Positions 36,031-45,918 of a stretch of 64,000 nt of DNA are shown in pieces. This stretch comes from Methanosarcinales archaeon (GTDB taxonomy: Bacteria > Omnitrophota > Gorgyraeia > Duberdicusellales > 4484-171). The translations under genes and the position numbers were made by a program. How positions within the stretch are numbered: position 1 is the first letter of the stretch; the number at the start of each line of letters is the position of its first letter. The notes under the pieces were generated by a model. It was not told the DNA's origin and made no database searches. It saw nothing but the letters and a program-made list of their open reading frames with translations. The DNA is taken from contig JAIWAR010000002.1 in NCBI GenBank assembly GCA_048634245.1, positions 5,418 to 69,417 on the forward strand, read 5' to 3'.

Positions 36031-37047
36031 CTATTCGTTTGCTCTCTCTAAACCGAGAGCTAATATTTTTTGAATCAGCTTATTATAAAGAATGCCGGCT
36101 TTAGCTGCTGATTGCCCTAATTCATCATACTCGTCTAAACAAGGATTAGCATTAGCTTCAATAATGTATATTTTAGAATCTGAGGTTATTCTTATGTCAA
36201 AACGAGCATAGCACTGCATATTTAATGCCTTATACGTACGCTTACAAACCTCTTCTATCTTTTCAGTTAATCCGTTAGGCAGCCTTCCGGCAAAAACATT
36301 TTTTATCCCCCACTTCTGACGATAATCATAATCCCACTTCGCCTTATAAGTAGCAATTCTTGGTTCGTCTCCGCCAACTTCTCCAAATTTCATCTCCCGT
36401 AAAGGCAAAACTTTAATCCTCTTATTACCTAATACGCCAACATAAAATTCCCTCCCCTCTATGTACTCCTCGACTATAGCATCATCCTTTACACTTTCAT
36501 GAATAAACTTAACCCTCTCAAACAGGGAATCCTCACTATCAACGACTGAAGCCTGAGATATGCCTCGAGAGGCTTCCTCACGAAGAGGCTTTACGATAAG
36601 CGGCAGCTTAAGCCGCTTAGGCAGCCATACTTTATGTTTCTTGTAAAAAGTATAAAAATGCGGAGTTTTTATCCTATGAAAGCTTAAAATTTTCTTGCTT
36701 AAAGCTTTATTACCGCAAATAAGCAGGCTGGCCGGCGAAGCCCCGGTATAAGGAATCCCCAACATCTCTAATACCGCGGCAACATTTTTATCAAGATAGG
36801 ACTTCTGATTAAATACTTCGGCCCCATTAAATATAATATCAGGCCTATTCTCCTTAACCTCTTCCAGTAAAATATTAATATCGTTATACAACCCCAAAAA
36901 AGTTACCGTGTGGCCGGAAGCTAAAAGAGCCTTATAGATATCAGCCTCAGCACCCCAGTCAAGCTCCTTAAATTCCTTAACAAAATCATAGCCTCTGGGG
37001 GTAAAATAAGGGCTGTCAAAAAGCTGAAGAACCTTTAGTTTTTTCAT
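36031..37047 (-). CDS. D-Ala-D-Ala ligase-like ATP-grasp protein
   Basis: 'PYTGA', 'PLIVKP', 'EEYIEGRE', 'YARFD', 'IEANANP'. Confidence 0.85.
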   Translation of the reverse strand: MKKLKVLQLFDSPYFTPRGYDFVKEFKELDWGAEADIYKALLASGHTVTFLGLYNDINILLEEVKENRPDIIFNGAEVFNQKSYLDKNVAAVLEMLGIPYTGASPASLLICGNKALSKKILSFHRIKTPHFYTFYKKHKVWLPKRLKLPLIVKPLREEASRGISQASVVDSEDSLFERVKFIHESVKDDAIVEEYIEGREFYVGVLGNKRIKVLPLREMKFGEVGGDEPRIATYKAKWDYDYRQKWGIKNVFAGRLPNGLTEKIEEVCKRTYKALNMQCYARFDIRITSDSKIYIIEANANPCLDEYDELGQSAAKAGILYNKLIQKILALGLERANE

Positions 37048-38087
37048 CCTTCCCGGCGAAAGCCTCCCGTATACAGGTAATTCATAACTAAAGCAGTAAT
37101 ATAAGTAGAGATTTTCAACACGGCCAATGATTCAGACTCACTCGAATAAAGTCCTAAAGCCTTACAGCGCTGAATTATAATATCCAAAAGGCTGTTTATA
37201 ATATATTTTTTTTCACCGGTCCACTTAGCCGTATTATTTAAAATGTCTTTTTTATACCTTCTTATAGTATTAGCGGCGGAGGATTCTTTATTCTTCTTAC
37301 AAAGATTGCTCTCTGATGATTCTGAAAACAGAAATATCTTTTTTAAATTAGAATCATGAAAGTCCGGAAAATCTTCCATATAAAAACGGCGTTTTTTCTT
37401 ATAAAAATTCCTTAAGGTTATACGCATCCGGGAAGACTCCCAATACTTCCGGCCCCCCTTAACTAAAGGCTCCTTACCTTTAACTTCCCCCATTAATTCA
37501 TCCACATAGCTGAGTTTTCGCATTGCTTTCCATCCTTTATATTGAGCCGGCCAGTTCAAATCAGGAGTAAGCCAAACAGCAAATGTTTCAGCAAAATCTT
37601 CGTCAGGATGATACTGAGCGTAGTAGTCCTCCAGGTGCCTTACAAAATTCTTGCTATAAGGCCTAAAACGGTAGGTATCATCATACTGTTGAGAAAATTG
37701 GCCAAAAACTTTCTGCCATTTTTTCCTTCGGTATAGCTTGTATGCATAATTTAGAGCATGTCCGGTTTCATGGCGCAACAGTTTTAGGCACCAGGAGCGG
37801 GTGCCTCCCTCAGCATCTAGCACCATTTTCTTTTCTAACTTGATTAAGGCCGGGTGGGCTAAAAAGAAAGGGATACCAACTACCGGCTCTTTATCCGGAG
37901 CAAGCCACTCATCAGCTAAATAGCACAGGGGTTTAAAGTTAAACCCTTTACCCTCTAACTCCCGATAGAGCTCTTTTACGCATTCTTCCAGCCAGGTTCC
38001 TTCCAGATGTAAAGGCAGCTCGCAAACTCTTAAATCAAGGAGTTCCTCTTCTGTGAGTTTTGATAGATTGACATTCTTCTTGGGCAT
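37044..38087 (-). CDS. Putative zinc-binding metallopeptidase (Peptidase_Mx-like)
   Basis: HExxH 'RHETGHA'; 'YAQYHPDEDFAETFAVWL'. Confidence 0.85.
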   Translation of the reverse strand: MPKKNVNLSKLTEEELLDLRVCELPLHLEGTWLEECVKELYRELEGKGFNFKPLCYLADEWLAPDKEPVVGIPFFLAHPALIKLEKKMVLDAEGGTRSWCLKLLRHETGHALNYAYKLYRRKKWQKVFGQFSQQYDDTYRFRPYSKNFVRHLEDYYAQYHPDEDFAETFAVWLTPDLNWPAQYKGWKAMRKLSYVDELMGEVKGKEPLVKGGRKYWESSRMRITLRNFYKKKRRFYMEDFPDFHDSNLKKIFLFSESSESNLCKKNKESSAANTIRRYKKDILNNTAKWTGEKKYIINSLLDIIIQRCKALGLYSSESESLAVLKISTYITALVMNYLYTGGFRREG

Positions 38088-38090
38088 CTA

Positions 38091-38696
38091 TTATTTTATT
38101 AATTTCACGCAATCAAAGTGATAAACCCCTTTACCCATTATGCGAGGCTCAAATTGAAAGCTTACAATAGGAAAATTTAAAACTTCGTTTCTGTCAGCAT
38201 CTTCGGGCTGCCAATCTCCCCGGGGAAAGAATTCCGCCAAAGGACAAATAACTTTTTTCCAGCCTGATGTATCATCATCAAGGAAAAACCGCCAAAGCTC
38301 TCCACCGGAATCTTTTATGTCAAAAGCAATAATTCCACCGGAATTACGGCCGTGCATATATAAACTGAAAGCATTATACTCTGCCCACTTAATATCCTCG
38401 GGTGGAGCTTCCCACCTGGCCGCTCCTTTGGTATCCAGGCCATACCCCCTCGCTACCCACATATAACCGGAAGGATTTAATTCAAAATCCAGCTTTAAAG
38501 ACTGCTCTCCGCAAATCTTTATTTTTTTATCGCAAACTACCGTCAAGGAAGAATTTTCTGAAGAACCGAAATCAACGGTTCCACTGTTTATCTCACCCTC
38601 AAAACTATCAAGCAAAAACTCCGGCGGCGCTTTAGTACAGCCAACGGAAAGAACAAGAAAACAACCTACGAATAAAATGTAGATATTCTTCATCAT
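38091..38696 (-). CDS. Lipoprotein with CBM11/CIA30-like carbohydrate-binding domain
   Basis: Lipobox 'LSVGC'; 'LLDSFEG', aromatic-rich beta-sandwich. Confidence 0.65.
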   Translation of the reverse strand: MMKNIYILFVGCFLVLSVGCTKAPPEFLLDSFEGEINSGTVDFGSSENSSLTVVCDKKIKICGEQSLKLDFELNPSGYMWVARGYGLDTKGAARWEAPPEDIKWAEYNAFSLYMHGRNSGGIIAFDIKDSGGELWRFFLDDDTSGWKKVICPLAEFFPRGDWQPEDADRNEVLNFPIVSFQFEPRIMGKGVYHFDCVKLIK

Positions 38697-38754
38697 TTAC
38701 CCCTTATTTTTAATTAGTATAGCACAGATTTAGAAAAAAGTTAATGGCCTAAGA

Positions 38755-39801
38755 TCAATCTTTCTCAATGATTCCACCTCCCAACAATAAGTCCTTGTAA
38801 TAAAATGCGGCTATTTGCCCCGGAGCTATGGCCTCAATTTTTTTAGTTAATCTAACCTCCGCTCTTGAACCTACAATATTTAAAGTACAGGGGTAAGTCA
38901 AAGAATTATAACGCACTTTTACTTCGATACTCTTAAACTTCCCTAAAGGATAAAACCAATTAAGAGAGTTTACCAAAAAAGTATCCTTGGATAAAAATCT
39001 CCGCTCAGCCACAATGACCTGATTATTCTTATTATCAATCCCAGTCACATAAAGAGGCTCTTTCCAGCCTATTTTCAGCCCTCCCCTCTGGCCATAGGTA
39101 TAATAATAAATACCTTTATGCCGGCCTAAAAAATCTCCTTTTATATGTCTTATCCGGCCGGAATATTTATAATAATCAGCCGTATTCTCTTCAATAAATT
39201 CCGGATATTCCTTGTCATTAATAAAACAAACATCCTGACTTTCTTTTCTTTCTTTATGAATAATCTTCCTGGATTTCGCAATCCGCTTGACCTCTTCTTT
39301 TGTATAATTGCCTAAAGGAAAAACTAAATGTTTTAAGGCTGCCGGCGCAAGCATTGCCAGGAAGTACTCCTGGGATTTCTTGCTGTCTTTGCCCTTCTTA
39401 AGAAGGTACTTTCCGTCTTTTTTTACCAAACGAGCATAGTGGCCTGTAGCTAAATAGTTAATACCTAAAGATCTTACCTTTTGCAGAAAAGCTCCAAACT
39501 TAATTAAACGATTGCAATAAACGCAAGGATTAGGAGTCAAACCCTGAAGATAACTGTTTATAAAATAATCAATAACCTTTTTCTTAAATAAAACACCTAC
39601 ATCCAGCACATAATGAGGAATGTCCAGCTTATAGCATAGCTTTCTGGCCTGGTCTAAGCTATCTAAATCGCAGCAACGATTCTCCCGGGGATAAAATTTT
39701 AGGGTAAAACCGACTACATCCCAGCCGCTTTTTTTTAAAAGGTAAGCGGCCAGAGAAGAATCAACTCCTCCGCTTAAACCCACAGCGATTCTTTTTTTCA
39801 T
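38755..39801 (-). CDS. mnmA: tRNA 2-thiouridylase
   Basis: 'SGGVDS', 'TPNPC', 'ATGHY', 'ESQDVCF', 'APGQ'. Confidence 0.95.
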   Translation of the reverse strand: MKKRIAVGLSGGVDSSLAAYLLKKSGWDVVGFTLKFYPRENRCCDLDSLDQARKLCYKLDIPHYVLDVGVLFKKKVIDYFINSYLQGLTPNPCVYCNRLIKFGAFLQKVRSLGINYLATGHYARLVKKDGKYLLKKGKDSKKSQEYFLAMLAPAALKHLVFPLGNYTKEEVKRIAKSRKIIHKERKESQDVCFINDKEYPEFIEENTADYYKYSGRIRHIKGDFLGRHKGIYYYTYGQRGGLKIGWKEPLYVTGIDNKNNQVIVAERRFLSKDTFLVNSLNWFYPLGKFKSIEVKVRYNSLTYPCTLNIVGSRAEVRLTKKIEAIAPGQIAAFYYKDLLLGGGIIEKD

Positions 39802-40193
39802 TTTTTCTTATCTTGTGAGGTTTTTTTGCGGTAATCGTCAACGGCCGAATGTAAACCCTCTTCAGCCAGAAGAGAACAGTGCATCTTAATTGCCGGTAAT
39901 CCGCCTAATTCTTCGGCTACATCTTTATTGGTAATCTTTAAGGCACGATCAAGCGTTTTACCCTTGGCAAGCTCGGTTAAGACTGAAGAGGTGGCAATAG
40001 CCGCTACACAGCCAAAAGTTTCGAATCTACAATCTACGATTACATCATTTTCAACTTTAATATATATCCACATCACGTCTCCGCAGACTGGATTGCCAAC
40101 CTTACCGATACCGTCAGGGTTTTCAATCTTACCCATATTACGGGGGTTACGAAAATAATCCAAAACTCGCTCAGTATAATCAAGATTAGACAT
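39798..40193 (-). CDS. iscU: Fe-S scaffold IscU/NifU
   Basis: 'NPRNMG', 'GNPVCGD', 'FGCVAAIA', 'LPAIKMHCS'. Confidence 0.9.
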   Translation of the reverse strand: MSNLDYTERVLDYFRNPRNMGKIENPDGIGKVGNPVCGDVMWIYIKVENDVIVDCRFETFGCVAAIATSSVLTELAKGKTLDRALKITNKDVAEELGGLPAIKMHCSLLAEEGLHSAVDDYRKKTSQDKKK

Positions 40194-41109
40194 AATTGAC
40201 CATCCTTTCTAATGCTACAAGGGCTTTGTTTATTATTTCCGGGCCTAACTCTATCTTATGCTCGTTTTTGCTTAGAGCCCGGTATATATCTTCAAGAGTT
40301 GTCATTTTCATGCTTGTACAAATCTTTGCCGTGCCTAATGAGTAAAATTTCTTACCCGGGTTCTCTTTACTCAAACGATAAATTAATCCCTCTTCCGTAC
40401 CGATAATAAATTTCTCCGCTTTAGATTCTTTTGCCCGCCGTAACATCCCGACGGTTGAAACAACAAAATCAGCCTCCTCTAAAATTTCCTTAACACACTC
40501 CGGATGAGCCATGACTTCTGCGTCAGGATGAATTTTTTTTGCCGCTCGGAGATCTTTTAAAGAAAAATACTCGTGCACAAAACAATAACCGGGCCAAATA
40601 ATTATTTCTTTTTGAGGAACATTTTTCTTCACCCACCAGCCTAGATTTTTATCAGGAACAAAAATTACTTTCTTTACCGGAACATTTTTTACTACAGTAA
40701 CCGCGTTGGCTGAAGTGCAGCAAACATCGCTTAAGGCCTTTATCTGGGCGGAAGTATTTACATAACTTACCACCCAAGCATCAGGATGCTCTTTTTTCAA
40801 CTCAACAAGCTGCTGAGTATCAATCATATCCGCTAGCGGACAACCGGCTTCTTGAACCGGCAAGAGGACAGTTTTTAAAGAAGACAAAATCTTAGCGGTC
40901 TCGGCCATAAATCTTACCCCGGCAAAAACAATAATCTCTTTTTCAACGTCCCGGGACTTCTTGGACAATTCCAAAGAATCACCTAAAAAATCAGCTATAT
41001 CCTGAATCTCGGGAGCTTGATAATTATGAACGAGTAAAACCGCATTCTTTTCTTCTTTCAATCTCAGGATTTCTTCTCTTAAAGCCGGCTTATCCAAATC
41101 TAAAGTCAT
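40186..41109 (-). CDS. nadA: Quinolinate synthase
   Basis: 'HNYQ', 'GDSLELS', 'FMAETAK', 'YVNTS', 'AHPEC'. Confidence 0.95.
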   Translation of the reverse strand: MTLDLDKPALREEILRLKEEKNAVLLVHNYQAPEIQDIADFLGDSLELSKKSRDVEKEIIVFAGVRFMAETAKILSSLKTVLLPVQEAGCPLADMIDTQQLVELKKEHPDAWVVSYVNTSAQIKALSDVCCTSANAVTVVKNVPVKKVIFVPDKNLGWWVKKNVPQKEIIIWPGYCFVHEYFSLKDLRAAKKIHPDAEVMAHPECVKEILEEADFVVSTVGMLRRAKESKAEKFIIGTEEGLIYRLSKENPGKKFYSLGTAKICTSMKMTTLEDIYRALSKNEHKIELGPEIINKALVALERMVNYV

Positions 41110-41142
41110 TACAAACTCCTTACCGAAAGATTCTCTAACGGA

Positions 41143-42300
41143 TTAATTCTGCCAAAACGGTGAAATTTTCCGTAATTTTTCCACTATCGGCGGTAAAACC
41201 GTTAAAACCTTATTGATATCCTCATCACAAGTGTATTTTCCTAAACTCATCCTCAATGAACCGTGAGCAACGTCAGCCGGTAGCCCCATGGCTAAAAGAA
41301 CATGAGAAGGCTCCAGGGAACCGGAAGTGCAGGCCGAACCGCTGGAAGCGCATACCCCTTCAAAATCTAAATTTATTAAGATACTCTCTCCTTCAATATG
41401 CCGTATACAGATATTCAGGGTATTATATATCCGCTTCCGGAGATGTCCGTTAATTTTTATTTCGGGAATTTTTTCTTTTATCCCCGCTTCCAGCTTATCC
41501 CGAAGAACCCTTATTCTTTTTTCATCATCCTTCATCTCTATCATAGCTAACCGGGCTGCCTCACCTAAACCCACTATACCGGCAACATTTTCAGTGCCTG
41601 AGCGTCTTCCTCGCTCATGCCCTCCGCCGTGAAGAAGAGAAAAGAATTTTACTCCCTTTTTTATATATAAAGCGCCCACGCCTTTAGGCCCATAAAACTT
41701 ATGGCCGGAGAGTGAAAGCAAATCCACCCCTAAAGCCTCTACATCAATGCCTACTTTACCTACAGCCTGAACAGCGTCACTATGAAAATAAACCTCTCTT
41801 TTTCTGCAAATATCGGCAATTTTTTTTATCGGCTGAATCATCCCCACTTCATTATTGGTATGCATAATTGAAACTAAAGCAGTCGTATCCTTAATGCTGC
41901 TCTCTAATTCTTCCAAATCTATTAGGCCCTGTTTATTGACCCCTAAATAAGTTACTTCAAACCCGAGTTTTTCCATTGCCTGACAGGAACGCAGCACAGC
42001 ATGATGCTCTATCTTACTGGTAATAATATGCCTTCGGTTATTCCGGCAAGCAAAAACAACACCCTTTATAGCCGTATTATCAGACTCGGTTCCTCCGGAA
42101 GTAAATATAATTTCACCGGGCTGAGCCCCCAATAACCGGGCTAGAAAACTTCGGGCCTCTTCTACCGCCCGCTTAGATTCTTGAGCAAAACGGTAGACTG
42201 AAGAAGGATTGCTGTAAATATCCTTAAAATAAGGCATCATCTTTTCCAGTACTCTTTTATCCAAAGGGGTAGTAGCATTATAATCTAAGTAAGTCATCAC
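41143..42300 (-). CDS. iscS: Cysteine desulfurase
   Basis: 'YLDYNATTP', 'SGHKFYGPKG', 'SSGSACTS'. Confidence 0.95.
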   Translation of the reverse strand: MMTYLDYNATTPLDKRVLEKMMPYFKDIYSNPSSVYRFAQESKRAVEEARSFLARLLGAQPGEIIFTSGGTESDNTAIKGVVFACRNNRRHIITSKIEHHAVLRSCQAMEKLGFEVTYLGVNKQGLIDLEELESSIKDTTALVSIMHTNNEVGMIQPIKKIADICRKREVYFHSDAVQAVGKVGIDVEALGVDLLSLSGHKFYGPKGVGALYIKKGVKFFSLLHGGGHERGRRSGTENVAGIVGLGEAARLAMIEMKDDEKRIRVLRDKLEAGIKEKIPEIKINGHLRKRIYNTLNICIRHIEGESILINLDFEGVCASSGSACTSGSLEPSHVLLAMGLPADVAHGSLRMSLGKYTCDEDINKVLTVLPPIVEKLRKISPFWQN

Positions 42301-42315
42301 TTTTCTCTTTTTGCT

Positions 42316-42344
42316 ATCGTATACTATATAATAATGGGTGTCAA
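42316..42344 (-). promoter_or_regulatory. iscS-nadA-iscU-mnmA promoter
   Basis: Minus-strand TTGACA-17-TACGAT. Confidence 0.6.
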
Positions 42345-43579
42345 ATATTTTCTTGAATTGACCGCTTTTGCCAGATAAAAACCTTATCCTTGCGTTTTAC
42401 GGTAAAGGGGAGTTTAACTCCTCCGACTTGCCCCTTTTCTATGCGCTCTACGAACTTATGGTTTATTTGAATGTCTTTAACCCTGGCAAAGGATGCCGGG
42501 GTATTCTTGCCGACACAGAGAATCTGAACGCCTTTTTTTAAACTTCCGTTTCTCAGGCAGATTTCGGCTACACTGATTTTTTTATAGAATTTTATTACTT
42601 CACCGAGATAAATCTTCTCATAACTATTTTCTAAAATCCGGCTGGGAAAGCCCCCTGGTTCACCCCAATAAAAACCATTAGAAAATCCCCGATTATAAAC
42701 AGTATACAACTCTTTCTTTAACTTCTCTTTTAAAGCCTTGGTCAGCTTACCCTTAAAATAAGCATCGATTGCCTTCCGATACACAGAAGTTACTACTCGA
42801 ATATATTCCGGAGAACGATTTCTACCCTCTATCTTAAAAGCATTAATCCCGGCCTCTATCAAGCTATCGATAAAATCAATAGTGCATAAGTCTTTAGGAC
42901 TTAAGATATAGTCACAACCGGCTACGTACTGAGTTTCGCCTTGGGTATCAACGATTAAATACTCTCTTCGACAAGGCTGAATACACTCCCCCCGGTTAGC
43001 TGATTTGGAAAATGAATATTGGGATAAAAAACACCTCCCCGAAAGGCTCAAACACATCGCACCATGGATAAAAGCCTCCACCTCACAATCTAAATTCTGT
43101 TTCTTAGCTCGGGAAATTATATTTTTGATATCCAAAAGACTGCACTCCCGGGCTAAAACCACTCTTTTTACGCCCCTTAAAGCGTAATTTTTTAGGGCGG
43201 GAAAATTAGCTACGCTAGCCTGGGTAGATAAGTGAATCTTTAAGCCCAGCTCCTGAGCAATAGAAAAAACCGCCATATCCCAAAGAATAACTCCGTCTAC
43301 TCCGGATTGTTTAGCCTCTTTTAGAATCTTCTTGACTTTATTAATCTCTTTATCATAGATAATAACATTTAAAGCTAAGTACCCTTGACGTTTTCTCTTA
43401 TGCAGCAATTTCATTATCTTTTTTATCTCTAAAATATCAAAGTTAGCGGCCAGATTGCGCATATTAAGGCCTTTTATGCCAAAATAAACACTGTCAGCGC
43501 CAGAATCTAAGGCGCTATAAAAAGAGCTCCAATCTCTAGCCGGCGCAATTAATTCCGGCTTTTTAATTTTTTTCTTCAT
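42341..43579 (-). CDS. U32-family (TrhP/RlhA-like) RNA hydroxylation protein
   Basis: 'PELIAPA', 'HLSTQ', 'HGAMCLSLSGRC', 'NRGECIQPCR', 'KIEGR'. Confidence 0.9.
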   Translation of the reverse strand: MKKKIKKPELIAPARDWSSFYSALDSGADSVYFGIKGLNMRNLAANFDILEIKKIMKLLHKRKRQGYLALNVIIYDKEINKVKKILKEAKQSGVDGVILWDMAVFSIAQELGLKIHLSTQASVANFPALKNYALRGVKRVVLARECSLLDIKNIISRAKKQNLDCEVEAFIHGAMCLSLSGRCFLSQYSFSKSANRGECIQPCRREYLIVDTQGETQYVAGCDYILSPKDLCTIDFIDSLIEAGINAFKIEGRNRSPEYIRVVTSVYRKAIDAYFKGKLTKALKEKLKKELYTVYNRGFSNGFYWGEPGGFPSRILENSYEKIYLGEVIKFYKKISVAEICLRNGSLKKGVQILCVGKNTPASFARVKDIQINHKFVERIEKGQVGGVKLPFTVKRKDKVFIWQKRSIQENI

Positions 43580-43610
43580 GTTAAAAAAAGGAAGGAAACA
43601 ATCTTAACGG

Positions 43611-44081
43611 TTATCTTGATATTTTAATTATTTTGTATTCTAAAGTTCCGGCTGGAACATCTATCTTTACAATGTCATTTTCCTTATGGCCTAACAAAAC
43701 TTTACCTACCGGAGAAGTCACTGAAATCAGGCCCTTTAAAGCATCAGCCTCATCTTGGCCTACCAGAGTATACTCAAGCTCTTCATCAGTATCTAAATCG
43801 AGAAGGGTTACTTTAGCACTGATATAGATTTTATCCGTAACTATCTTGTCCTCATCAATAATCTCAACCCGGCTTAACTTATCTTCTAACTCCGACACTC
43901 TCATTTCATTCTTAGCCATTGCGTCTTTAGCCGAATGATATTCGGCGTTCTCTTTTAAATCGCCCAAGGAACGAGCGTGCTCTATGGCCAGAGAAATCTC
44001 CCTTCTCTTAACTACCTTTAGATGTTCCAGCTCTTCAGTTAACTTTTCATACCCGGCTCTGGTTAAATATACCCTTTCCAT
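43611..44081 (-). CDS. greA: Transcription elongation factor GreA
   Basis: 'GDLKENAEYHSAK', 'ISVTSPVG'. Confidence 0.95.
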   Translation of the reverse strand: MERVYLTRAGYEKLTEELEHLKVVKRREISLAIEHARSLGDLKENAEYHSAKDAMAKNEMRVSELEDKLSRVEIIDEDKIVTDKIYISAKVTLLDLDTDEELEYTLVGQDEADALKGLISVTSPVGKVLLGHKENDIVKIDVPAGTLEYKIIKISR

Positions 44082-44117
44082 AATAATCCTTCTTTTGTTT
44101 AAGGTGTTCTTTTCATA

Positions 44118-44975
44118 TTAAATAGCCCTTAATATTGCCTTAATTATATCGGGTTTATTAAGAGTAAAAAAATGGAGCTTTTTAACCCCGTTTCTCACCA
44201 AATCCCGGCACTGTTTTATAGTAAAGTCGATCCCGGCCTTTTCCTGCTCCTGAGGATTATTGATAAGGCTGGCCATAGTTTCCTCGATATTTTTGGGAAT
44301 GGTTACCCGGCAAATAGACGCGAATTGCTTGACCTTAGTTATATCCGTTATGGGTAAAATCCCCGGTAGAATTGGAATATTAATTCCTTTTTTCTCCATT
44401 CTATCAAGCAATCTATAATAATAGGTATTATCAAAAAACATTTGAGTTACCGCAAAATCAACACCGGCGTCAATTTTTTGCCGGGCATAATCTAAATCTT
44501 CCTCGAGAGAAGAAGTTTCAATATGCCCTTCCGGATACACAGCAACCCCGATACAAAAGCGGCCGTATTTTTTTATAGCTTTAACTAAATCCCGGGCGCA
44601 AAAAAAGTTCTGGCCTAAAAAATCAAAATTGCCGACTCCTTGTGGGGGATCACCACGTAAGACCATGATATTCCCAATGCCTTTTTTCGTACAATCATCT
44701 AAAAAGTCTTGGAGTATTTCCTCGTTTAAATCAAGACAGGTTAAGTGCGGCATAACCTCTAAACCCTTTTGCTCTAAAAGCAAAGCGACTGCCGCCTTAG
44801 TCGCTGCCCTAGTCGTTCCTCCTGCCCCGCAAGTCATAGAAGCATATAATGGTTTGCACTCTCCCAAAGCTTTGATTGTGTTTATCAGGGCGGATTTACT
44901 CCGTTCACTTCTTGGCGGGAAAAACTCAAAAGCCACTCCCCGATCATTTTGTTTAAGAATTTCGCTTATTTTCAT
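44118..44975 (-). CDS. metF: 5,10-methylenetetrahydrofolate reductase
   Basis: 'FEFFPP', 'HLTC', 'LRGDPP', 'YPEGH', 'TQMFF'. Confidence 0.92.
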   Translation of the reverse strand: MKISEILKQNDRGVAFEFFPPRSERSKSALINTIKALGECKPLYASMTCGAGGTTRAATKAAVALLLEQKGLEVMPHLTCLDLNEEILQDFLDDCTKKGIGNIMVLRGDPPQGVGNFDFLGQNFFCARDLVKAIKKYGRFCIGVAVYPEGHIETSSLEEDLDYARQKIDAGVDFAVTQMFFDNTYYYRLLDRMEKKGINIPILPGILPITDITKVKQFASICRVTIPKNIEETMASLINNPQEQEKAGIDFTIKQCRDLVRNGVKKLHFFTLNKPDIIKAILRAI

Positions 44976-45019
44976 ATTCGTCTACCGGATTCAAATTTAG
45001 CCTGAATCAGCATTGTTGT

Positions 45020-45048
45020 ATTTTATCATGGACAAGAAAGCATATCAA
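45020..45048 (-). promoter_or_regulatory. metF promoter
   Basis: Minus-strand TTGATA-17-TAAAAT with TG extension. Confidence 0.6.
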
Positions 45049-45063
45049 TGCAATTTCCCAAAC

Positions 45064-45918
45064 CTAAAGCAAAGTATGAGCCAGATAAGAAGAACGAACA
45101 TAAGGCGCGCTCTTTACTCCTCGAAATCCCAGATTTTGAGCGTATTCTTTAAAATAGCTGAATTTATCGGGATGGACGTATTCTTTTAAAGGGTAGTGCT
45201 TTAATGAAGGGGATAAATATTGGCCCAGAGTCAAGAAATCACAATTAACTCTTCTCAAATCCATCAAAGCCTGAATAACCTCACCCTCCTCTTCGCCTAA
45301 ACCTAAGATAAGGCCGGATTTAGTAAGAACTTTTTTGTTTGCCTCCTTAATCAACCGTAAAACATCCAATGACCTCTCATAATCGGCGCCCTTTCTTACC
45401 TTTGCATATAACGAAGCCGGGGTCTCTAAATTATGAACGATCACCTCGGCTTTAGAACTTACAACTTTTTTAATCAACCTTTTCTCTCCCTTAAAATCAG
45501 GGATCAAAATTTCTACTTTCATCCCGGAACTTATACTCATTACCTCCTCTACGGTTTGACAAAAAAGATCTGCCCCTTTACAATCAAGGTCATCCCGGGT
45601 TGGAGAGGTAATAACCACATAATTCAAGCTTAATCGTTTAACTGCCTCTTTTACGCGCTTAGGTTCGCTAAAATCAACCGGGGAGGGCTGCCCTTTATTA
45701 ATCCCGCAAAAAGCGCAAGCTCTGGTACAGGTATCTCCAAGAATCATAAAAGTAGCAACCCCGCTGCGAAAACACTCTGAAATATTGGGACAGGAAGATT
45801 CCTCGCAAACACTATGCAGATTTAGCCCTCTTAAAATGTTCTTTATCCTGCGACAAGAGCCAAGATCTATCTTTTTGTTTAACCATAAAGGTTTCGGGGA
45901 TATTTTAGGCATTTCCAA
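45064..45918 (-). CDS. lipA: Lipoyl synthase
   Basis: 'CEESSCPNISEC', 'CTRACAFC', 'VRSSY'. Confidence 0.95.
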   Translation of the reverse strand: MEMPKISPKPLWLNKKIDLGSCRRIKNILRGLNLHSVCEESSCPNISECFRSGVATFMILGDTCTRACAFCGINKGQPSPVDFSEPKRVKEAVKRLSLNYVVITSPTRDDLDCKGADLFCQTVEEVMSISSGMKVEILIPDFKGEKRLIKKVVSSKAEVIVHNLETPASLYAKVRKGADYERSLDVLRLIKEANKKVLTKSGLILGLGEEEGEVIQALMDLRRVNCDFLTLGQYLSPSLKHYPLKEYVHPDKFSYFKEYAQNLGFRGVKSAPYVRSSYLAHTLL

